The notes under the pieces were generated by a model. That model searched no databases, was not told where the DNA came from, and saw only the letters and a program-made list of their open reading frames with translations. The position numbers and the translations under genes were made by a program. This document shows positions 21,020-31,551 of a DNA stretch of 64,000 nt, piece by piece. This stretch comes from an uncultured Gemmatimonadaceae bacterium (GTDB lineage Bacteria > Gemmatimonadota > Gemmatimonadetes > Gemmatimonadales > Gemmatimonadaceae), in NCBI GenBank assembly GCA_963761305.1, contig CAVXGK010000002.1, positions 1,024,001 through 1,088,000 on the forward strand. Direction: 5' to 3'. How positions within the stretch are numbered: position 1 is the first letter of the stretch; each line of letters opens with the position of its first letter.

Positions 21020-22495
21020 TCAGACCACCACGATGCTGCGCCACTTCCCCTGATTGAATCGGACAACGCTGAGCGCGCAGCGCGTGGCGTGGCCGACGAG
21101 GATCGCGAGCCAGATCGTGATCGGCTGCAGCGTACCGAGCCGCGAGTATACGAAGACGATGCCGAGCGGGATGACGAGCTGCGAGACGAGAGAGATGTAG
21201 AGCGGACTCTTGGTGTCGCCGGTCCCCTGCAGGCCGCCCGTGTAGGTCAGAGCGACAGAGATGAACAAGCCGCTCACGCTGAGAACATGAAGCAATTGCA
21301 CGCCGATGCCGACGACGATCGGATCGTGCATGCCGAAGATGGCGAGCAGCTGCCGCGGGATGAGCCAAAAGAGCAGACCGATGAGCGCCGCGCCCATCAA
21401 CCCAAACCGCGCCGCTACGTGCACGCCTTTGACCGTCCGGTCGGGGTGTCCCGCGCCGAGGTTTTGGCCCGCAATTGCCGCCGTGGCGCCGAGAAGTGCC
21501 TGCGACGTCCACGTCACCAGCGAGAACAGCTCGGTGTACGACACGGCGTATGCCGCCTGGGACGCGGCGCTCTGTGCCAGCGAGCCGATGAAGCCCAACA
21601 AGAGCACGCCGCCGATGTTCATCGCGATGCCCTGGACACCGGTCGGCAGGCCAAAGCGGAAGAGCGCGCGAATGATCGGCCAGTCGGGTCCCCACCCTCC
21701 GCGGTGCGCGAACGACACGACCCACCCACCGCGCGCCAACTTCCACAACGAGTAGATGCCGATGAAACCCGATGCGATCGCCGTGCCCATCGCCGCGCCC
21801 CGCGTGCCGAACGCGGGAATCGGTCCGAATCCGCGGATCAGCGTCACGTTGAGCGCGACGTTCAGCACGGTCATCGTGACGCCGAGGATCATGGGCGTGC
21901 GCGCGTCGCCCGCCGCACGGAGCGCGCCGCCGACCATGAAGAAGATCAGCATCCCGCCGCTGAACCCGAACATGATGCGCAAGAACGGCAGCGCTTCATG
22001 CTGCACGGCGGGAGCGGCGTTCACGAGCGACAGCAGGAACGGCGCGAAAAAGTAGCCGAGGGGAGCGAGAACGCCGAACGACAGCACGATCACGGCGAGG
22101 AAGGCCTGATAGACCGTGCGATCGGCCATGTCGCCATCGCCGGCGCCGACGTAGCGCGACACGAGAACGCTCATCCCCATGAACATCGACGACAGGAACA
22201 CGATCACGACGAGAAAGATCTGCAAGCTCACGCCGATCGCGGCGTTCGCCGTGAATCCGACGAGGTTGCCGACGAGCGCGTGGTCGATCATCCCTTGCAG
22301 ACCGCCGATCACGTTCGTGAGGACGCTGGGCCACGCCAGCTTCCATACTGCCGGCGACAGCGCGCCGTCGACGATCGAACGATCGAAGCGCCGCTCGACG
22401 GTCCGCGGCGCCGCCGTGTCAGGCGACGCCATCTCGAGCGCCGCTGCAGGCGCGTCGGGCGAATCCGTGGAGGGCGTCGGGATGCCGCGGCTCAT
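21020..22495 (-). CDS. MATE family efflux transporter
   Basis: VWKLAWP; LRAAGDARTPM; GQNLGAG; LQGTGDTKSP; about 12 TM; start could be 22432. Confidence 0.9.
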   Translation of the reverse strand: MSRGIPTPSTDSPDAPAAALEMASPDTAAPRTVERRFDRSIVDGALSPAVWKLAWPSVLTNVIGGLQGMIDHALVGNLVGFTANAAIGVSLQIFLVVIVFLSSMFMGMSVLVSRYVGAGDGDMADRTVYQAFLAVIVLSFGVLAPLGYFFAPFLLSLVNAAPAVQHEALPFLRIMFGFSGGMLIFFMVGGALRAAGDARTPMILGVTMTVLNVALNVTLIRGFGPIPAFGTRGAAMGTAIASGFIGIYSLWKLARGGWVVSFAHRGGWGPDWPIIRALFRFGLPTGVQGIAMNIGGVLLLGFIGSLAQSAASQAAYAVSYTELFSLVTWTSQALLGATAAIAGQNLGAGHPDRTVKGVHVAARFGLMGAALIGLLFWLIPRQLLAIFGMHDPIVVGIGVQLLHVLSVSGLFISVALTYTGGLQGTGDTKSPLYISLVSQLVIPLGIVFVYSRLGTLQPITIWLAILVGHATRCALSVVRFNQGKWRSIVVV

Positions 22496-22593
22496 TCGTC
22501 GCAATCTACGACAATCCCACCCCAACGGCGGCGTCGGCGACGACGGCGGTGGCCAAGCTCTGACCGCGTTTCGGTAGCACGCGGTCACGGACG

Positions 22594-22628
22594 AAAAAGA
22601 ACGCCGGCCCGTCAGGACCGGCGTTCTT
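22594..22628 (-). terminator. Intrinsic terminator after the LVIVD gene
   Basis: AAGAACGCCGG...CCGGCGTTCTT stem with a T-run on the minus strand. Confidence 0.7.
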
Positions 22629-22646
22629 GCTTTGGCGAACCAATGA

Positions 22647-24698
22647 CTACGGGACCAGGCCGCCCGGAATATCCCGCAACGCCTTCTGGAGCATCCCGAT
22701 TCGTGGCGCATCGCACGAGCTCGACTTGTCGGCGTCGAGCGACGACGCCAAACGCTGCAACGCGTCGCGTCGCTGCGCGCCCGACACGCCCTCGGCTTGC
22801 GCGATGCCCTGGCGCGACGCGGCGATTCGCGATCCCGAGAGACACTTGTTGCGCTCGAGTTGGTCCACGAACGCCTTGGCCAGCGAGAAGCTCGGCGGCC
22901 ACACGATCTTGGGCTGGCCCTGCACGTTGAGCTGGTCCCAGTGTACCGTCTTGGCGGCGTCGATCTCGTTCTGCGACACGTACTCCGTCGGCACCAACTC
23001 GGCCACGTCGAGACCACGCGCGATTTCCGAGCTCACGATCTGGCCGTTGTACCAGTACGCCGACCACGATCCGCCCATGCTGAAGCGCGTCGAGTCGATC
23101 GGACCGCGGTCGAAGTAGGCGATTTCCTTCGGGTGTTTCGCGTCGGAGAAATCGAACACCGAGATGCCGCCCTGGTACCACGCCTGGATCATTACGTCGC
23201 GGCCGGGGATCGGGATGAGCGACCCGTTGTGGGCGACGCAATTCTCCTTGTCCGTCTGGATCGACGGGAGCTTGTAGTAGCTCTGGAACTTGAGCTTGCG
23301 GTCCTCGATGGTGAAGATGGCGTCGGCGCCGAATTCCTTCGGGTCGCCGGCGCGGCATTTCGGCGCGCCTCCCCCGCCCCACTCGTCGGAGAACAGGATC
23401 TTCGTGCCGTCGTTATTGAACGTCGCCGAATGCCAATAGGAGAAGTTTGAATCGACGACGGCATCGAGGCGCACCGGCGCGGTCGGATTGGAGATATCCA
23501 GCAGGAAGCCGTGCCCCTCGCACGCTCCGCCCGCGAGGCCGAGCGCCGGATAGACGGTGATGTCGTGGCACTGACGGAAGGCCGATTCGGAGCTCGTGCC
23601 CGGGACCGGCGCGTTCGGGTTCGGCCCGGCCACGCGGTCGATGATGGCCTGCAAGCCCGTGCGCAGCGCGGCCGTGTCGGCCGACGTCGCGTTCGACGGC
23701 GTGTTCTGCGCCGACGGCGTGCCGCCGCGCGCCTTGATGATGCTGTCGAGCTGCCCGCGGATGAAGAACGGATTGACCGCGAACTCGAGCTTCGTCTGCG
23801 GATTGATGGCGATGAACCCGTTTCCGTGCGTACGCACCGAGTCGACCGCCCGCCTCTGGGCCGACTTGTCCGCGTCCGACAAACCGTGCGTCGGAGGGGC
23901 CTTGAGCTCGCTGAAGATGTTGGCGCGGTTGACGACCGCCGCCTGCTCCGGGTGCGCCAGGGGCACCTTGATGATCTCGATGTGCATCAGCGACGACTGC
24001 GCGTCCTTGTCCGGCGTGACGCTCACGCATCCGGGCAGCTCGCTCCCCGAGCGGATCGGCGCCGAGCCGGAGACGTAGATGTAGACGTTGTCCTTGTCCT
24101 TGAGATCTTCGACCAGCGTGTGCGTGTGCGAGCCGCGGCACGTCTGGACGTTGGCGACGAGCTTCGGGTTCTTGATGTCGCTGATGTCGAACACGCGCAC
24201 GCCGCGCATGCGATCCTTGCTCACCGAGTCAGCGGGGTTGAACTGCCCGCTCGGCTTGCAATCCACGCGACCGTTGAATGCCTCGGCCGACATGAACATG
24301 AGATTCTTGAAGACCGACACGTCGTTCTGCGACGCCGGGCACTGGTACGCGGTGACCAGAGCGGGGTGCGACGGATCGGTCATGTCCCAGACCACCGGTC
24401 CGTTGTAGTTGCCCTGGATGGCGTACCTGCCGACGAAAGCGAGGTCGGAGTTGGTCTGGCCGAGGAAGCCCGGCGGCGAAACCGCCTTGGCGTCGACCTT
24501 GAGGCCGAACGTCGCTTCGCCGGCGTCCATGAGGCCGCCTTTGAGGTGCGAGCGCGCGTCGATGTGCGGCGCGACCTCGCCGGCCTGCATGACCGCGGGC
24601 GTCGGCGACGAAGACGGCGGCGCGTTCGATCCGCCGCAAGCGGCGGCGGCACTCCACGCCGCGACGAGGCTCAGTTGTGCAATGGACGAGACTCTCAT
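22647..24698 (-). CDS. LVIVD repeat-containing lipoprotein
   Basis: NSDLAF; QTCRGSHTHT; CHDITVYP; YWHSATF; DEWGGG; ENCVAHNGS; GGSWSAYWYNG; lipobox AAAC. Confidence 0.8.
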   Translation of the reverse strand: MRVSSIAQLSLVAAWSAAAACGGSNAPPSSSPTPAVMQAGEVAPHIDARSHLKGGLMDAGEATFGLKVDAKAVSPPGFLGQTNSDLAFVGRYAIQGNYNGPVVWDMTDPSHPALVTAYQCPASQNDVSVFKNLMFMSAEAFNGRVDCKPSGQFNPADSVSKDRMRGVRVFDISDIKNPKLVANVQTCRGSHTHTLVEDLKDKDNVYIYVSGSAPIRSGSELPGCVSVTPDKDAQSSLMHIEIIKVPLAHPEQAAVVNRANIFSELKAPPTHGLSDADKSAQRRAVDSVRTHGNGFIAINPQTKLEFAVNPFFIRGQLDSIIKARGGTPSAQNTPSNATSADTAALRTGLQAIIDRVAGPNPNAPVPGTSSESAFRQCHDITVYPALGLAGGACEGHGFLLDISNPTAPVRLDAVVDSNFSYWHSATFNNDGTKILFSDEWGGGGAPKCRAGDPKEFGADAIFTIEDRKLKFQSYYKLPSIQTDKENCVAHNGSLIPIPGRDVMIQAWYQGGISVFDFSDAKHPKEIAYFDRGPIDSTRFSMGGSWSAYWYNGQIVSSEIARGLDVAELVPTEYVSQNEIDAAKTVHWDQLNVQGQPKIVWPPSFSLAKAFVDQLERNKCLSGSRIAASRQGIAQAEGVSGAQRRDALQRLASSLDADKSSSCDAPRIGMLQKALRDIPGGLVP

Positions 24699-24736
24699 GT
24701 GCTTCCTCGGATGGGGTACGAACACAGCATGAACGC

Positions 24737-25387
24737 TCAAGGCGCGACGAGCAGCATCTCGAGCATTCGGTTGATTTCCGTCGTCTGATCGACGTTCACG
24801 TCGGCGGCGAACTTGAACACCATCTCGTCGTTCGCCGCGCCGCGATTGGCGAACAGCTCCTGAACCATCTGGACGGCGCCGCGGTGGTGCTGAATCATTC
24901 CCGTCAGGAAGAGCCGGTCGAACTCGGGCCCGCGCGCGGAGTCGAGCTGCCGCATCTGCGCTTCGGTGAGCATGCCGGGCATCAATACCATATGTGTCAT
25001 GCCGTCCATGTTCATCGCTTCGCCGGCCGGATTGGGCTCCGGCACCGGCTGATTGCGGTCGGCGAGCCACCGACTCATCATCGCGATCTCGTCGGACTGT
25101 GCGTTGATGATTCGTTCGGTGAGGCGTACCACCGCGTCGCTCGCGCCATGGGTCGGCGCCATTTTCGACATCACGATCGCCTGCGCGTGATGATGGATCA
25201 TGGTCGACATGAAGCGGATGTCGGCGGTTGTGTAGGGCCACCGCACGCTGTCGGCTCGGGCTTTGGCCTTCGCCCCTTCGGGGCCGGGGACGAACGCGAC
25301 GCCGCTCGACGGCGCGTGCCCCGCGCAGGCGGCGACGAGCCCGAACAACACAGCGGCCAAAGGAAGACGAAGTCGGAGGCGTGTCAC
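24737..25387 (-). CDS. DUF305 domain lipoprotein (ferritin-like)
   Basis: FMSTMIHHHAQAIVM; MPGM; FLTGMIQHHRGA; lipobox VAAC. Confidence 0.9.
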   Translation of the reverse strand: MTRLRLRLPLAAVLFGLVAACAGHAPSSGVAFVPGPEGAKAKARADSVRWPYTTADIRFMSTMIHHHAQAIVMSKMAPTHGASDAVVRLTERIINAQSDEIAMMSRWLADRNQPVPEPNPAGEAMNMDGMTHMVLMPGMLTEAQMRQLDSARGPEFDRLFLTGMIQHHRGAVQMVQELFANRGAANDEMVFKFAADVNVDQTTEINRMLEMLLVAP

Positions 25388-25519
25388 GGTTTCGAACCGG
25401 TCGGCTGGCGTTCCATCGCTCGAAGAGAATACGACGCGCGCGCAACTTTTGACAGCGGCGGCCGATGGAACGTTGGCGCTGCAGTTTCCTTACATTCGCC
25501 GATAGACTTCGGCGTACCA

Positions 25520-26722
25520 ATGCCAGAGTCAGCCTCGATTGTCGTCATCGGCGGTGGTCTCATCGGCCTCGCCACGGCACGCGCCCTTCTCCTGGCCGAC
25601 GGTTCGCGCCGCGTCACGGTGCTCGAGAAGGAGTCGGCGCCCGGGCAGCATCAGAGCACGCACAACTCCGGCGTGCTGCACGCGGGCCTCTATTACAAGC
25701 CCGGATCGCTCAAAGCCGATTTCGCGGTCCGCGGCATTCGCGCCATGACCGCGTTTTGCCGCGAACATGGCGTTCCGCACGAGATTTGTGGAAAGCTCGT
25801 CGTCGCGGCCGATGACTCGGAGGTACCGCGCCTGCGAACGCTCCTCGAGCGCGGAACGGCCAACGGCCTCGTGGGACTACGCTGGCTCGGCGCTGCCGAG
25901 GCCGCCGAGCTCGAGCCGAATGTCCGTTGTGTCGCCGCGGTGCACGTGCCTGAAGAAGGAATCGTCGATTACGGTCGGGTCGTCGAGACGCTCACCGGGG
26001 AGATCGTGCGCTTGGGCGGCGCTGTGCAGACGAATGCCGGCGTGCGAAAGATCGAGGCTGATGGATCCGCCTGGCGCATCGACACCGACGCAACCGAGGT
26101 TCGCGCCGACGCGTTCATCAATTGCGCCGGCCTGCACTCCGATCGCATCGCCCGGTTGGCCGGAGAACGGACCGATTGCCGCATCGTCCCGTTTCGTGGT
26201 GAGTATTTCATCATCCGACCCGAGCGCCGGTCGCTCGTACGCAATCTGGTGTATCCGGTTCCTGATCCCAACTTCCCATTTCTGGGAGTCCATTTCACGC
26301 GCACGATCGACGGCGAGCTCGAGGCCGGACCGAACGCGGTGCTCGCACTCAGTCGCGAGGGCTACCGCCGCCGCGACATCTCGGTTCGCGACGTCAGCGA
26401 AGCGCTCGCTTACTCGGGTCTCCGCCGGTTCGCCGTTCGCTATCCACGACAAACCTTCGCCGAGATCCGTCGCTCGTTGAGCGCTACCATGTTTTGCCGA
26501 TCGCTCCAGCGGCTCGTGCCGTCGGTCGAGCTGCGCGACCTCATGCCCGGGCCGCGTGGCGTTCGCGCCCAGGCCATTCGGCCCGACGGATCGCTCGTCG
26601 ACGATTTTCTCCTCGTTCAACGTCCGAACGCGATCCACGTGCTGAATGCGCCGAGTCCCGGGGCGACGGCGTCGCTGGTGATCGGCGAGGCGCTGGCGGC
26701 TCGGCTGGCGAGCGCAAGGTGA
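25520..26722 (+). CDS. lhgO: L-2-hydroxyglutarate oxidase
   Basis: IGGGLIG FAD motif; QSTHNSGVLHAGLYY; PFRGEY; FLGVHFT; NAPSPGAT. Confidence 0.88.
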   Translation: MPESASIVVIGGGLIGLATARALLLADGSRRVTVLEKESAPGQHQSTHNSGVLHAGLYYKPGSLKADFAVRGIRAMTAFCREHGVPHEICGKLVVAADDSEVPRLRTLLERGTANGLVGLRWLGAAEAAELEPNVRCVAAVHVPEEGIVDYGRVVETLTGEIVRLGGAVQTNAGVRKIEADGSAWRIDTDATEVRADAFINCAGLHSDRIARLAGERTDCRIVPFRGEYFIIRPERRSLVRNLVYPVPDPNFPFLGVHFTRTIDGELEAGPNAVLALSREGYRRRDISVRDVSEALAYSGLRRFAVRYPRQTFAEIRRSLSATMFCRSLQRLVPSVELRDLMPGPRGVRAQAIRPDGSLVDDFLLVQRPNAIHVLNAPSPGATASLVIGEALAARLASAR

Positions 26723-26838
26723 ACTTTCGCGCGCAGAGGCCAATGATGGCTGATGCTGTTGCTGATGCTCGAGTGGTCCTTCCGCGCAGAGATCGTTATC
26801 AGTGAAAGGCGGTTTCGAGCGCCGCGTTCTGTACACCG

Positions 26839-27666
26839 CTACCCGGCTGAACCACGAAGCCCGTCGAGTCGCACCCCGTGGCCGATCACGAAAACGTAGA
26901 GCCCCGCGGCGAGAGCGCCCGCCACCAGCCAACGCCAATCGCGCACGACGAGCAGCGGTGGATCTTCAGGCTCGCCGATATCTGGGTTGCGCAGCAACTG
27001 CGGTCCCCACGCCAGCCCCGACGTTCCGCCTAGCGATGCGGCGACACCCGAGATCAACACGATGAACGCTCCACCGGGCTCGAACAGTCCGGCCGCGAGC
27101 GACAGCAAGCCACCAACGGCGTAGGCAGTGAGCGAGTAGCGGTTCGCTTCGGCGACGCGCGACGCGCCGGACGTGCGCAGACGCCGCCCGAGACGGCCCA
27201 TTGCCCACCGAGTCGCGAGCCAGTACCCGCCGGCCCCGAGGAAAAACAGACCCGCGTGCCACGCCCAGAACGGCGTGAGGCCGCGAACCACGTCCGCCCA
27301 GTCGCCGATGTTGCCGACACCGGAGTACATCCAGTAGCCGGCGGCTTCCATGAGGTTGATCGTCGTGAACAGCCAGAGAAAATACTCGCCCGCGTCGGCG
27401 CGCTCTCGTCGCCGCCGCAGGAAGACCGCGGCGATCGTCGCGGCCACGAGGTTGGCGAGCGTGCCGCCGGCGGCGATGAACTTGATCCCCAACGTCGACA
27501 CGGTCCGTTCGTCGCCCTCGAACTGCATGGTCGTGAGCAGCTGCGGCCGGCAGCCCACGAGCAGACAAGCGCCGCCGTGGCCGAGGGCCTCGTGCACGAA
27601 CGACGCGGCGGCGTGAGCGACAACGGCCACCGCGATCACCGTGAGCCAATCCTGCCGAGGGGTCAT
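26839..27666 (-). CDS. Membrane protein, site-2 protease (M50)-like
   Basis: VHEALGH in the first TM region; AAGGTLANL; GDW; multiple TM helices. Confidence 0.55.
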   Translation of the reverse strand: MTPRQDWLTVIAVAVVAHAAASFVHEALGHGGACLLVGCRPQLLTTMQFEGDERTVSTLGIKFIAAGGTLANLVAATIAAVFLRRRRERADAGEYFLWLFTTINLMEAAGYWMYSGVGNIGDWADVVRGLTPFWAWHAGLFFLGAGGYWLATRWAMGRLGRRLRTSGASRVAEANRYSLTAYAVGGLLSLAAGLFEPGGAFIVLISGVAASLGGTSGLAWGPQLLRNPDIGEPEDPPLLVVRDWRWLVAGALAAGLYVFVIGHGVRLDGLRGSAG

Positions 27667-27812
27667 TGCGTGTCCGGAAGGAGCAATTGGTGAGATCGAC
27701 GGAACGCATCAATCTCGTCGAAAGTGGTGGGATGCGGTGCGCGGGTGCTAGTGTTCGACCACGACTGCAACACCGCTCCGCACGAACCGGCCTGTCTTCT
27801 GAGGGAAGTCTT

Positions 27813-28364
27813 ATGACGCGCGACGACGCCTTTCACTCCTGGGGCGGGATTCGACAAGCTCGTCGAGCGACTCCGTGTGTCCGTTTGAGCCCACGATTGG
27901 CCGTCGCCTGGGCGGCCCTCGCTTTGGCCGGCGCCCAAGGGCTGCACGCCCAACCGGGTCAATTCGTCGTCAACGCGGATGGCCGCGCCGACACGTCGGC
28001 TCGCGCCAACCAAATTCGCGCCGCGGAAATGTCCATTCGCGATGCCCTCCTTTCGTCCGACACGGTCGCCCTTTCGCGACTCCACGCCACTGAGTTCGTC
28101 GAGATCTCGGTGCTCGGCACGCTTCGCACCTGGGCCGAGAACATGCGCGACGTCGCGACGGGCGATTTGAAACTGCTCACGATCAAGTACGACAGCCTGG
28201 ACGTGCGCGTCTACGGCGACGTCGGGATCCTGACGAGCATTGTCAACCGGACCGGCACGTACCTCGCGAAGCCGTTCGCGACCAGGATTTGGTATACGCG
28301 CGTTTTCGTGTGGCGCGATGGGCGCTGGCAAACGGTCATGGTACAGCAGACACCCATACGGTGA
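27813..28364 (+). CDS. NTF2-like / DUF4440 protein
   Basis: DVRVYGDVGI; YTRVFVWRDGRWQTV; start uncertain. Confidence 0.7.
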   Translation: MTRDDAFHSWGGIRQARRATPCVRLSPRLAVAWAALALAGAQGLHAQPGQFVVNADGRADTSARANQIRAAEMSIRDALLSSDTVALSRLHATEFVEISVLGTLRTWAENMRDVATGDLKLLTIKYDSLDVRVYGDVGILTSIVNRTGTYLAKPFATRIWYTRVFVWRDGRWQTVMVQQTPIR

Positions 28365-28392
28365 GCGTGCAGGTCAATTCCCAACGCAAGCT

Positions 28393-28881
28393 TTAGGAGG
28401 CTGAACAGCCGGCGATGAATCGACGTGCCCGAAGGGCGAGCGAGTCGGCGACTGGACGCGGCACGTTGCCGTCGACGAGGATACGGCCTCCGACCCGGCT
28501 CTCGATGATCGCGGTTTGTACGAGTTTCCCGCCGAAGAGTACGGCAATGGTTTGGCCCACGTGGCTGGCCGTCGCGTCCCCCCACGACAGCGCCGCGGCC
28601 GGCGTTAGTCCGCCTACCACGTCCCACACGGTGTCGGGCCCGAGACGGTGCGATGCGACTAGGATGGTGCGAACGCCGCGCGCATCGAGGACAACCGTAT
28701 CGCGCAGGAAGTATTCCCGGCCGTCGCTCGCATTCAGGTACCGCCGCGCCGTCGGCGGAGGAGTGTCGTCGACAAAGCGCAACTGGAGCGAATCACAATT
28801 GGCGCGCTGCGACGACTGTGGGCGAAGTGGGGCAGCCGCGACAGTGAACAGCAGACAGGCGGTGAGGTTAGCGACGCGCAT
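28393..28881 (-). CDS. Secreted protein with a SecDF P1-head-like subdomain
   Basis: Signal peptide; LTPAAALSWGDATASHVGQTIAVLFGGKLVQTAII resembles the SecD head. Confidence 0.55.
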   Translation of the reverse strand: MRVANLTACLLFTVAAAPLRPQSSQRANCDSLQLRFVDDTPPPTARRYLNASDGREYFLRDTVVLDARGVRTILVASHRLGPDTVWDVVGGLTPAAALSWGDATASHVGQTIAVLFGGKLVQTAIIESRVGGRILVDGNVPRPVADSLALRARRFIAGCSAS

Positions 28882-29160
28882 GCTGGCTCCCAGCTGTTTA
28901 CGGTTTCCAGGAATCGGCAGCCGTCGCCAGTGCCCGCTGGGAGGTGAAGCTCATGTTCCGGAGCCTCGGGAGACCATGGACGCCTCCGAATTGAGAGTTG
29001 TCGCCGCACTTCGCAACGCGTTGACCGTTGGATGCGTCGACTCACATTCGAAGTTACACCGTCTGGCGACACATGCCATACGTCGCTCGACGTAGCAGAG
29101 GCGACGCGGTGACGACGACACGCCCGTGGAGCAGTCTGACCGCTTGGCCGAAACTGCTCT

Positions 29161-30174
29161 TCACCGCGTCGCGATGTTCTTCCAGAACCGATCCAGACTC
29201 TCGTCGCCGCCGAACAGCGTGGTGAAGATCGTCGAGTCGGCCAAAAGGATGTCGCCCGCCCGCTCGTTCGTCGGCGGCATCCACAACAACATGTTGAAGT
29301 CGCGGTGCCCCGCCTCGATGAACGGGTGCGGGCGCCGGAGGTCGATCGGCTGGCGCGCCAGCACATGGATGGCCTTGGGGTCATCCGTCGTCACCGCGTA
29401 GTGCGGCAGGTGCTGGTGGAAAATGAACGTCTTGACGCCCTCGAGCCAGCCGTGTGTGTCCAGGTCGTTCGTCGTGATGAGCGGCTGGAGCTGCGTCGTG
29501 CCCTCGATGGTCGCCGGCCGCAGGCCCCACTGATTTTCGACCGGAACACCCAGTCCTTTCATGAGCGATCGTGTATAACGGCCGAAGCGCTGCTGGCTCG
29601 GGACGAGCGCGTCGCCGTGATGCTTGTACTCCATCTTGCGCACGTTAAAGTCGCTCGACGCGCCGACGTCGTGGTGCGGGCCCAGGATGAGCCGCGTGCC
29701 CTCGCGTGTCAGCCAGGCGCGCAGGGCCTCGATTTCCTCCGCCGACGCCTCCTGCTCGGTGACCAGATGATCGAGGCCGAAGACCATCAGCGTGTCCGTA
29801 TCGTCGAGCAAGCCGTTGTCGAGCGGCTGTTTTTGCCCAGCCTGGTCGATGCGTTGGTAGACCGCGACAGGGTGTCCGGTAGTGTCGCCGACCGCCTGTT
29901 GAAACCGGATCAGTCCGAGATGAAACAACTCGAGCGTCCCGGCGATACCCTGAATAAACATCTTCTCCGAGTACTCGAGCGTCTCGTAGTCCGGCCACAG
30001 GACGCGCCGCACCTCGGTCATCGTGGAGAACCGATTGTCGAGCTCCGTGAGGTCCCGGTTCGCTTCCCACGGATAGCTCCACGTCCAGTAGATGGAAAAC
30101 CGCGGCTTGCCCCGCGTGTACTTCCGCGGGACGCGGACTTGGTTGTAGGTCCTCGGACCGGGATACGATGTCAT
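29161..30174 (-). CDS. Hypothetical protein of the Dyp cluster
   Basis: 337-aa ORF; ATGA overlap with the Dyp stop; Trp/His-rich motifs YWTWSYPWE, GPHHD, HQHLPH. Confidence 0.75.
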   Translation of the reverse strand: MTSYPGPRTYNQVRVPRKYTRGKPRFSIYWTWSYPWEANRDLTELDNRFSTMTEVRRVLWPDYETLEYSEKMFIQGIAGTLELFHLGLIRFQQAVGDTTGHPVAVYQRIDQAGQKQPLDNGLLDDTDTLMVFGLDHLVTEQEASAEEIEALRAWLTREGTRLILGPHHDVGASSDFNVRKMEYKHHGDALVPSQQRFGRYTRSLMKGLGVPVENQWGLRPATIEGTTQLQPLITTNDLDTHGWLEGVKTFIFHQHLPHYAVTTDDPKAIHVLARQPIDLRRPHPFIEAGHRDFNMLLWMPPTNERAGDILLADSTIFTTLFGGDESLDRFWKNIATR

Positions 30175-31514
30175 GCGAGCCTCGTGGTGGGCGCATCCGA
30201 GCCGGCGATCCGGCGAAGCGCTCGAAGACCGGGCAAAAAGAAGTACGCGGCGCCGCGAACCGTCGTGAATGCCGGCAGCCTCGCGATCTTCTTCTTCACC
30301 GGCCGTTTTGGAATGGTCATGTCGAACGTGCCGTCGTGCGTGCCGATGATCGGATCGCGTTCATTCTTGAGATTTTTGAACGTCGGATCGTTCGCCCACA
30401 CGTTCATCGTGAACTCAAACTGTCGGCTGAGGCTTGCGCAGCCGAGGAAGGCGGCGACGCCGCGATCCACGCCGTCGTCGGGGACGCCTTCCGGCAGCGG
30501 CGGCCCATACGTGCCACCGCGACGAATCAGGCGGTGCCGCTCGACGCTGTCGCCCGTATCACGCGGGTTCATTCGCCGGATGTGCGACCCCACCGGAACG
30601 CGATACCCGTACGGGTCCGACTCGGCGTAGGCGAAATCATTCGTCCGCTGCAGGTCGGCGCCAAGCGCCGGGTCTTCGCTCTCCGGCGCGAGCGCCAGTG
30701 GTGCGCCGCTGCGCCAGCGTCCCATCAATTTGGCGGCGACAAGCTCCTGCGCCTCGTGCGTGTCACCCTGCGCTTGGAGGAATTCGCGGAATTTGCCGAC
30801 GTGCTCCTGCAGCCTGAGATACGCCACGAAGCTACCGTTGCGCGAAAGCTCCTGCGGCTGAGGAATCTCGGGGACGGCGCCGCTCTCGTCGGCGTATCCG
30901 AGAAAGAACTCGCCGGCCTTGACCGGCGCTCCTGAGCCCGGCGTCGGCGCGGCGCCAAATCCCTCGATCGGGATTTCTGAAAGGCGGTCGAGGTAGCCGA
31001 AATGCTCGCGCGGCGCGCCGTCCGGAGAGATGGCCTCGAGGTCCAGAAACGACAGCAGCGTGACTCCGCCGACCTCCGACAAGTACGCCTTATGTGTCTG
31101 CGTCGCTCGATCATGCTCGGCGCTGTCGCGAGCGAACAGAATCGCGATCGCGTGGAGCGACGGGTCGGCGAGCCGTCCATCCCAATTGTCGGGGTGATTC
31201 GCGCCGGTGAAGCCGACGATCGCCGCACGTGCGGCGAGTCCTTCGCGAAATTCCTCGGGAAAAGTCGCCAGCTTCGCATCGCCGACTCCGAGCGCGCGCA
31301 GGCCGTTCCACGTGAACCCCACGGTGATCCACCGGATGTCCGGCGAATTCGAGCCGACAGACGCGCCCGTTCCCACCTTGTCGACGATTCCCGCAAGCCA
31401 TGCGCGGCCCGACTCGGCGCTCGTGAAGCTCAAGAATTCATAGCGCGCGGCACGCGCCGGCGTTCGCGCCAGCAGGAAGTGCTGAATGTCGTCGAGCTCG
31501 AGATGGTCGGTCAT
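30171..31514 (-). CDS. Dyp-type heme peroxidase
   Basis: LDDIQ; EHFGYLDRLS (distal Asp); KLMGRWRSGAPL; GSHIRRMNPRD (proximal His); LIRRGGTYG; RQFEF; YFFLPG. Confidence 0.88.
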   Translation of the reverse strand: MTDHLELDDIQHFLLARTPARAARYEFLSFTSAESGRAWLAGIVDKVGTGASVGSNSPDIRWITVGFTWNGLRALGVGDAKLATFPEEFREGLAARAAIVGFTGANHPDNWDGRLADPSLHAIAILFARDSAEHDRATQTHKAYLSEVGGVTLLSFLDLEAISPDGAPREHFGYLDRLSEIPIEGFGAAPTPGSGAPVKAGEFFLGYADESGAVPEIPQPQELSRNGSFVAYLRLQEHVGKFREFLQAQGDTHEAQELVAAKLMGRWRSGAPLALAPESEDPALGADLQRTNDFAYAESDPYGYRVPVGSHIRRMNPRDTGDSVERHRLIRRGGTYGPPLPEGVPDDGVDRGVAAFLGCASLSRQFEFTMNVWANDPTFKNLKNERDPIIGTHDGTFDMTIPKRPVKKKIARLPAFTTVRGAAYFFLPGLRALRRIAGSDAPTTRLA

Positions 31515-31551
31515 CGCGGCGTCGAGGGCGGCAGTCGTTGCGCCGGCGACG

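Noticed and set aside
28940..29100. Short ORFs after GGAGG/GGGAG in the intergenic gap
   Set aside because: 13-39 aa with no supporting features
30171..31514. Encapsulin cargo system
   Set aside because: No encapsulin shell gene or C-terminal targeting peptide was recognised
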